Source: Octopus vulgaris
Lineage: Eukaryota
Reading direction: 5' to 3'
DNA: 64,000 nt
Assembly: GCA_951406725.2 (NCBI GenBank)
Contig: OX597818.1
Span: 132,184,001 to 132,248,000 of the forward strand
Positions 57,026 through 64,000 of this stretch are shown one piece after another; the first letter of the stretch is position 1, and every line of letters begins with the position of its first letter. The notes below the pieces were generated by a model that searched no databases, had not been told where the DNA came from, and saw nothing but the letters and a program-made list of their open reading frames with translations. The position numbers were made by a program, and so were the translations under genes.

Positions 57026-57389
57026 ATACACACAATGGTCTTTCAATTTCCAACTACAAAATCCACTCATAAGACCTTAGTTGGCCCAATTCTACAGTAG
57101 AAGATACCACACAGTGAGACTGAACCCAGAGCCACATGGTTGGGGAGCAAGCTTCTTATCTCTCTCTCTTTCTCTCTCTCTCTATATATATACACACACC
57201 CCACACATTCACAGATATATATATATATATAGGTGTGACTCTGTGGTACAAGGTTTGCTTCCCAACCAAATGGTTCCAGATTCAGCCCCAATGCATGGCA
57301 CCCTGGGTAAGTGTCTTCTACTATAGCCTTGGGCCAACCAAAGCCTTGTGAGTGGATTTGGTAGATGGAAACTGAAAGATGCCAGATGT

Positions 57390-57783
57390 ATATCATCATC
57401 ATCATCATCGTTTAACGTCCGCTTTCCATGCTAGCATGGGTTGGACGGTTCAACTGGGGTCTGGCAAGCCCGAAGGCTACACCAGGCCAGTCAGATCTGG
57501 CAGTGTTTCTACAGCTGGATGCCCTTCCTAACGCCAACCACTCCGAGAATGTAGTGGGTGATTTTATGTGCCACCGACACAGGTGCCAGACGAGGCTGGC
57601 AGACGGCCACGCTCGGATGGTGTTTTTTATGTGCCACCGACACAGGTGCCAGTCGAGGGTGGCAGACGGCCACGCTCGGATGGTGTTTTTTATGTGCCAC
57701 CGACACAGGTGCCAGATGAGGCTGGCAGTCGGCCACGCTCGGATATGGTATTTTCGGTGTTTTTCTTATGTGCCACCGACACA

Positions 57784-57785
<2 letters not shown>
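57390..57785 (-). mobile_element. RTE-tail retroposon with internal 63-bp minisatellite
   Basis: (CAT)n tail, GTTTAACGTCC..TTCCATGCT.GCATGGG and CTGGATGCCCTTCCTAACGCCAACC RTE-type 3' motif. Repeat units start at 57568, 57631, 57694 and (partial) 57770. Confidence 0.75.
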
Positions 57786-57824
<39 letters not shown>

Positions 57825-58084
57825 AGATAAGAAAATGGAGAAATACATCTAAATCAAATATCAATTACCAGATAATACTCAATCACATACTTTATTAAAC
57901 CACCACATAAGAGACTGTAGGGTTAAATATAAAAAGCAGAACAAATCAGTGTACATAAAGGAATGTACATAAAAAAGTGTAGATAAAAGAGTAATGTTGT
58001 ATAATAAGTAGAATATATATAAAAGAGAATATAACCCCTATCTCAATTTGTATATATATATATATATACAGACATACATATATA

Positions 58085-58905
58085 CAAGGTGCAGTGAATA
58101 TATCGTCATCTAAATTACCCAATAACGAAAATAACACTGGCATCTCATTTGCATAAAAATATATTAAAATACTAAAGACTAAATTTATTCAATGAAATCG
58201 CCACTGGCTTCAACCACTCTAAACAACTTCAGAATCTCCTGCAACTCTTCTGGAGAGTCTCCTTGTTTAAGTTGGTGAATGCTGCCATAATCCTTGCCTT
58301 CAGTTCATCTTTGGTGTTACCAGTTTTGTTGGTGTCTTGCTCAACTGCACCGCAAACGTAATAATCAAGGGGGTTGTGGTCTGGGGAGTTAGGTGTCCAG
58401 ATGTTGGGAAGATGTGGTCCCAGAAATTGTATGACAGCTGTGACTGAGTTCTCCTGCTTGTGTGGCATGGAGCAGAATCCTGTTGCTAGACATAGAGGCC
58501 TCCAGCAGCCACCCTCTTGACCCAGAACAGCACTACCTCCTTCAAGCACTTGATGTTGGCCTCCCTGTTGAGTTTAAGGCCATGTGGGAAGATGAATGGA
58601 AGCATAACGTCGCCATCGCTAGTGATCACTCCAAGCATCATGATGTAGACTGGATGTACATGTTTTGGAGATGCAGCAATCCAATGGATGTTCTGTGTGT
58701 TCATCATCTATCCATACTGGAGCTTTCAGTATGAATGCCAAGCAGTACAGTATGTTGTTTCCAAATTTCTGGCAGAGTGAATTGCATCATGGTGGTATTT
58801 TTCTCACAGACAATGCCCAACTGAGTAGATGACAAATTCAAAAACAAACAATGCACTTGCACAAAATTAGAAATATAGAAATGGTGACAACTTACCCATC
58901 ACATC

Positions 58906-58908
<3 letters not shown>
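58085..58908 (-). mobile_element. Internally deleted Tc1/mariner-superfamily element, maT (DD37D)-like
   Basis: Minus ORFs contain WTPNSPDHNPLDYYVCGAVE..TKDELKARI and IMMLGVITSDGDVMLPFIFPHGLKLN. Degenerate TIRs show CpG-type decay and sit in TA flanks. Confidence 0.85.
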
Positions 58909-58943
<35 letters not shown>

Positions 58944-58947
<4 letters not shown>

Positions 58948-59005
58948 TGAGGCGCAATGGCCCAGTGGTTAGGGCAGCGGACTCGCGGTTGGAGGATCGC
59001 GGTTT
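58944..59005 (+). mobile_element. Truncated OR-type SINE head
   Basis: GAGGCGCAATGGCCCAGTGGTTAGGGCAGCGGACTCGCGG is cut off at the fold-back starting at 59006. Confidence 0.75.
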
Positions 59006-59325
59006 TGAAAGAATGGAGTCGAACGACCATTTAACAAAATTCCTTTATTCTCAACACATGTTTCGAAGACTGCATATTCTCAATTCCGAAGGAATAAAGG
59101 GTTTAAGTTTTCGAAACATGTGTCGAGAATAAAGGAATTTTGTTAAATCGTCGTTCGACTCCATTCTTTCATTTATTTATAGTAAAAAAAACATACAAAT
59201 TTCCACATGAAAGCACGTGATTTCTCCCCTTGGCATGTAGCTTCAACCCTGATTTCTGACGTAAATTTGCTACCCGGGTATCGGTTAACCGAATTATCCA
59301 TACTAGGATAATTCATTCAACTGCT

Positions 59326-59330
<5 letters not shown>
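59006..59330. mobile_element. Fold-back repeat element (Penelope-like), same family as 44235-44475
   Basis: ~60-bp arms at 59006-59067 and ~59110-59170. The downstream body AAATTTCC..GTAGCTTCAACC..AATTTGCTACCC.GGTATCGGTTA..GAATTATCC is shared with 44330-44470. Confidence 0.7.
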
Positions 59331-59386
<56 letters not shown>

Positions 59387-60526
59387 ATGTATGTATATAT
59401 ATGCCTGCATATATCCATACATATATAGATACATGTATATATACATACATATAGATGTACATACGCTCACACACAGACACACACACACACACACACACAT
59501 ATATATTTACATATATATACATATATATTTATGCAAAATAACTTCTGCAAATTTTTCGACTACCAAAATTGACTTCACTAGATATTAGTAAACTCAAAGA
59601 TATGCTAGAAAACATTTAGTTCAAGCTACCACACAGCCATTTATTTGAGAAGCAAACTTTTTAACCACAGGACCATTCTTCTCATTTCCAGCAGATCAAG
59701 CAACATAACCAGATACTCTGATTATCTCACCTGTACAAGACTAAAATTGTTTCTCATCCCATTTGAAAGCCATAAAAGAAGAGCTGAGCTATAATGGATA
59801 CAAAGAACGATGCTTTTGGAGATATTCAAATTTATTATATTTTATTATAGTATATATTATAATGTCAAGACTAATTTTCCTCAAAGCAAAAATCTGCTTC
59901 ACAGTATTTACATATTCAAAATTTTGCCATATAATTAAAAGAAATGCCATATATTCTCTGTTATACTTTGTTTTTAGATAACACCTGATATAAATAGGAA
60001 ATAGATTATTTTCTCTGAGATAGGCAGAATTCTGAAAATCTGCCAAATCTTCTGAAGACTTGTTCATTCAACCAGCTATAAAACTAATACAGATTTTTCT
60101 TTTCTGTTTTTTTCATTTTTCTTGTTTTAAAATTCATACATTTTTCGACAGCAAACTATACATGTTTCTCTTCACATTCTAACAGGTTGTATTATGTGTT
60201 TAATTTCTTTGATGTATTCTTCAGTTAATAACTGAATCATATCAAAGAAATTAAGCATAAGTTGAAAAACAATTTAGTCTTTAAATTTACATAAGAGCTT
60301 ACTGAAACAAAAAGCCATTCATTAGCTCAAAGTAAATATGAAGCATACCCATACCCACCCCCACCCTCCCAACATGCTCACCACACGCTAACACAATCTG
60401 TCCCACCCCATCACATCACCATTACCACCACCACCATTACCACTACCATCATTATCACCATTACCGACACCACCACCACCACCACCACTTCCATCACCAA
60501 CACCACCTCCAGCACCACCATTTTAC

Positions 60527-60547
60527 CTCGCAACTGCCTGCATCATT
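60527..60547 (-). CDS. Candidate 21-nt microexon (AATGATGCAGGCAGTTGCGAG; MMQAVA in phase 2 or NDAGSCE in phase 0)
   Basis: Minus strand reads tttttatttgttcttatttatgttggcAG|21 nt|GTaaaa. Frame-preserving length and GC-rich relative to the intron side. Confidence 0.45.
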
Positions 60548-61589
60548 CTGCCAACATAAATAAGAACAAATAAAAATATCTAATCTATTTAAGCAAACAA
60601 CAATAAAAAATAAGAAAGGAAAAAGAACAAACTTATCCATCAGTTCGTTTTAATGGTCATTAGTTTTCAACAAACTGGTTATGATTATCAATTCAAAGGT
60701 TTAGATAACAACAGAAAATTTTTAATATATTAAGAAACTCCAACATTAAATAAACAATTAACTAGAAAGGATTTGTAAACTGTAGTTATATAACAATGTC
60801 ATATACATGCCGGCAAACACAAAAACGAAATAATTGCTATAATCACAGTCTTACAACTAAATTAATACTCAACATGATCTGCTTGCATATAAACCACAGC
60901 TATACAGAATAACAATCTTGATGCATATGTGAAGATAACCTTGTTTGTTAAATTTCAATCAAAATTACAGAAATAGTGTATTTTGAAGTTATAAACAAAA
61001 GATGATAATGACGATAATAATTAAAGTTATAAAAATGAGAGCTTCAATGAAACACTAACCAAATCATTGTTCTATTTTGATGGCATTCAACAAATTTAAC
61101 TGTAAAAATCATTCAGGGTGTATATTTACATTTATTCTTTTCTGTTTATTAGACATTGAACAAATATTTTCTGGCCTCAACGTGTGAAATTAGGCAACAA
61201 ACATATTGCAATGGCAAAGGGAAAATATACACAGTTTACCAAATATTTCTGTAACTCAGAGATTTAACAATTTCTTTTTAAATATTCTCCCACTACTGCA
61301 AACAACACAAAAAATGGTTTTTAATTTGGAAAGTTACTTTTGCTTAGATTGACTGGAATAGAAGTCAAAAAGAAAGAAAAAAAGAAAAAAAAAGGGAAAA
61401 TCACATGAATCTTGTTTCAACTGTAATTTTAACTGATAAATTCTTACATAAGTGCAATGCTAGGAATTAAGGGTGGAATCATGACCGTCTTCACAGTTTT
61501 ATAGATCCTCAGGTAAAGTGATTCATTGGGGTTCTTATATACACAACCACAGCATAAATAAATTGTCATTGGGCCTTTAGACACATGAG

Positions 61590-61862
61590 ATCCCTGGCCA
61601 ACTCCCCAGTATACCCATGAAAGGTAGGAGAGTCCAGTTTACTGGACATTGTTGTAGAGCTGAAAACGAGGCAATTTCTCCTCTTCTCCTCTGGAAGCAT
61701 CTACTCGCAATACCAGAGGGCGCACACTCTCCTACCCTGATGTAATCTCCAGGGATACAGGCATCCAGCAACAGGACCTCCGTAATACTATGATGGACCG
61801 TGAAGTCTGGCGTAGCATGGTAAATTCCATTGTCTCAACCACGGTCAAACAATGATGATGAT
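61590..61862 (+). mobile_element. 3' end of an RTE-group LINE
   Basis: Translation RVQFTGHCCRAENEAISPLLLWK / RGRTLSYPDVISRDTGIQQQDLRNTMMDREVWRSMV followed by a (TGA)n tail. Confidence 0.78.
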
Positions 61863-62370
61863 AATACCCATGCCTTTATATGGTATTGAATGAGTGAGTC
61901 AATAAAATTGATCTCAAACTGGATTAGTGCTTTATTTTATTGACCCTTGAAGAATGAAAGGCAGAGTTGACCAAAGTGGGAGTTGAACTCAGATGTAAAG
62001 AAACAGAACAAATACCACAGACATGTACCAACGATTCAGCTAATCCACCAACCTTTATGTTGTATAACTGGAATCAACTGAAGATCAACACAGTTTGGTA
62101 TTACAAACAAAAGATTTAATGAAGGAGTTTGTCAATATGACTATAAACCTGCTGGTAGCTGACAAGCCCAATATGGAATAAGCAGGTCTGGATTGCTAGG
62201 CAAATTCTGCTTTGGATTCAATACTGCTGAGTCATGTTTTTATACCTTATTCACTTTTTGTTCTCATGACCAGCTCTGAATACTGGCATATTTCACATGT
62301 TATTGTTATTTAGCCATGATCTAGAGACCTATGATCAATATCATTCCAACTGTGCTGATCTCATCTTTAA

Positions 62371-62590
62371 CTCTTTAGCGTTCAAATTAATATGTCAAAA
62401 GTAATCTTTATTCATTTACATTTTAAAAAATTAATCTGGTATTATCTTGTAGCTTCAAGATTTGAAAGATGTAATTGTTTATTTTTAGAAAGACATTGCA
62501 GGGTAGGTGTGAGATACTGGTTCTGGCCAGTTTGAGCATAAAATGAGTAGAATATTTGGGCCGGATATAGCCGGTTTAAACACTAAAGGG
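62371..62590 (+). mobile_element. piggyBac-type MITE, family A copy 4 (more diverged)
   Basis: TTAA|CTCTTTAG...CTAAAGGG|TTAA; internal gggtaggtgtgag and ggccggatat motifs shared with copy 1. Confidence 0.85.
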
Positions 62591-64000
62591 TTAAGAAGCA
62601 CTATATTACCCAGTGTGTCACTTCTTATTTAAGACAATAGGGTGTATCTGAAGGGATTTGACAGTAGTTCTAGAAACTTCATAGAGGTTCCCTAATTGGT
62701 ATGTAATACTACATGATAGTGTTACATGAGCATTGAATGCGAAAAATTCTGTGGTTATGATGATGGGTTTCAGAGAAGTGAGCTATAGATGATCAGTTGG
62801 ATTTGTAAGGATAATTTGCATGAATGGCACAGAAAAGTGTTCTGAGAATTTTCCAATTTGCATTTGTGTTCTTAGCTTTGGTCATTCTATCAGCTGATTT
62901 ATGCAGCTGAGGAAGTTGTACAGGTATGGACACATGTGATGTGATTAGACAATGAACGCTCGGCTAAAAAGCAATCTGCATTAACTAAAGCGGGTCATGA
63001 AGAGTGTAACACTCAAAGAAGATCAGTTGTCAGGAGACTGAAGAATCACTAATAAGATAATATTCACAAAAAGTCTGCTTGCCTTATGGAAACAATACAT
63101 TGAAAGTACTAATACCATCACAACTTCTAAATCATTACTGGTGAATTGTTATGTGTGTTGATGTATACTCTGTGGTAGGCCTTAAATCTGAATGACTGAC
63201 TGGTGTGTGATTGGCAAGGCTAGTTGCAAAGACATATATAATACATACATATACATACATACATACATATATACTTACACACACACACACACACACATAC
63301 ACACACACACACATATGTAAATATAATTATATCCATATATGTATACATACATACATATGTACACACACACATATATATATGTACATATAACTATATACAC
63401 ATATACATGTGTGTGTATGTATATGCATATGTATATACACATGTACATGTGCGTGTACATATATATATGTATATATATACATACACACACATATGAATAC
63501 ATATAACACATATATATACACACATATATATACATATATAATACATATATATATACATATATAATACACATATATATATATATATATATATGTATGCATA
63601 TATATGCTTTATTTCACCATCGATTTAATGGTCACATAAGTGGCATAGGTTAACAGGAGGTTTTACAACAAGATTCTCTCATGGTACCAACTACAACCAA
63701 TTTCCAAGTTAGGTAATAGTCTCTCAGTCTCTCAAACAACAAACACCCTGGATATGGTAACACAGAGAATTGGAAACAAACGATACTGTATGAATGAGTC
63801 ATTTGTTCACAGAAAGAAGACTGGAAATATAGGATCCCTGCCCTTTCGGCCAAGCAGAGTTTGCATTGTCTGCTCCCACTGAGGAGATGGATCTAGAAAA
63901 AATTTGCCTCGTATAGAGTCCTTCTTAAATTCTAAAAGTGAAATGTTTAGTTGGTTCCCTTATGAGAGAAAATTTGTGCTGGACACATGGACTTCCACAC

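Noticed and set aside
57562-57785. CRISPR-like appearance of regularly spaced repeats
   Set aside because: Whole units are near-identical with no unique spacers; no cas genes; eukaryotic retroposon context.
59731-60067. 92-aa minus ORF and nearby CAG|GTGAG donor at 59731
   Set aside because: No recognisable motif, AT-rich codons, and two of three frames closed near the donor; not supportable as an exon.

Overview
This is eukaryotic, very AT-rich, microsatellite-saturated DNA. The SINE repertoire, including tRNA-Arg-headed elements of the OR1/OR2 type, points to an Octopus (coleoid cephalopod) genome; that assignment is an inference. Nearly all of the supplied ORF track is translated microsatellite. 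One confident coding exon is present at + 11726-12480. It is the phase-1 terminal exon of a C2H2 zinc-finger gene (GERPYICGACGVQYSQSHSLKSHITNKH) and also carries two CtBP-type xxDLS motifs, a SUMO consensus site and a C-terminal segment that closely resembles, from memory, the C-terminal helical domain of MORC3. Splice-signal reading suggests a second, convergent gene on the minus strand that the ORF track misses. Its 3' end would be built from microexons (21 nt at 60527-60547, 19 nt at 55085-55103, 6 nt at 19763-19768) and a short terminal exon starting at 19622, with the two genes ending tail-to-tail near 18.2-18.4 kb. This model is hypothetical. The interval 12.5-44.2 kb is transposon-poor and contains isolated GC-rich exon-like islands. 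The interval 44.2-64 kb is transposon-dense: a full-length dead mariner, a maT-like element, TTAA-flanked piggyBac MITEs, several SINE families, RTE LINE ends, and Penelope-type remnants with hammerhead-like motifs and long fold-backs. No prokaryotic-type systems, rRNA or bona fide tRNA genes were found.
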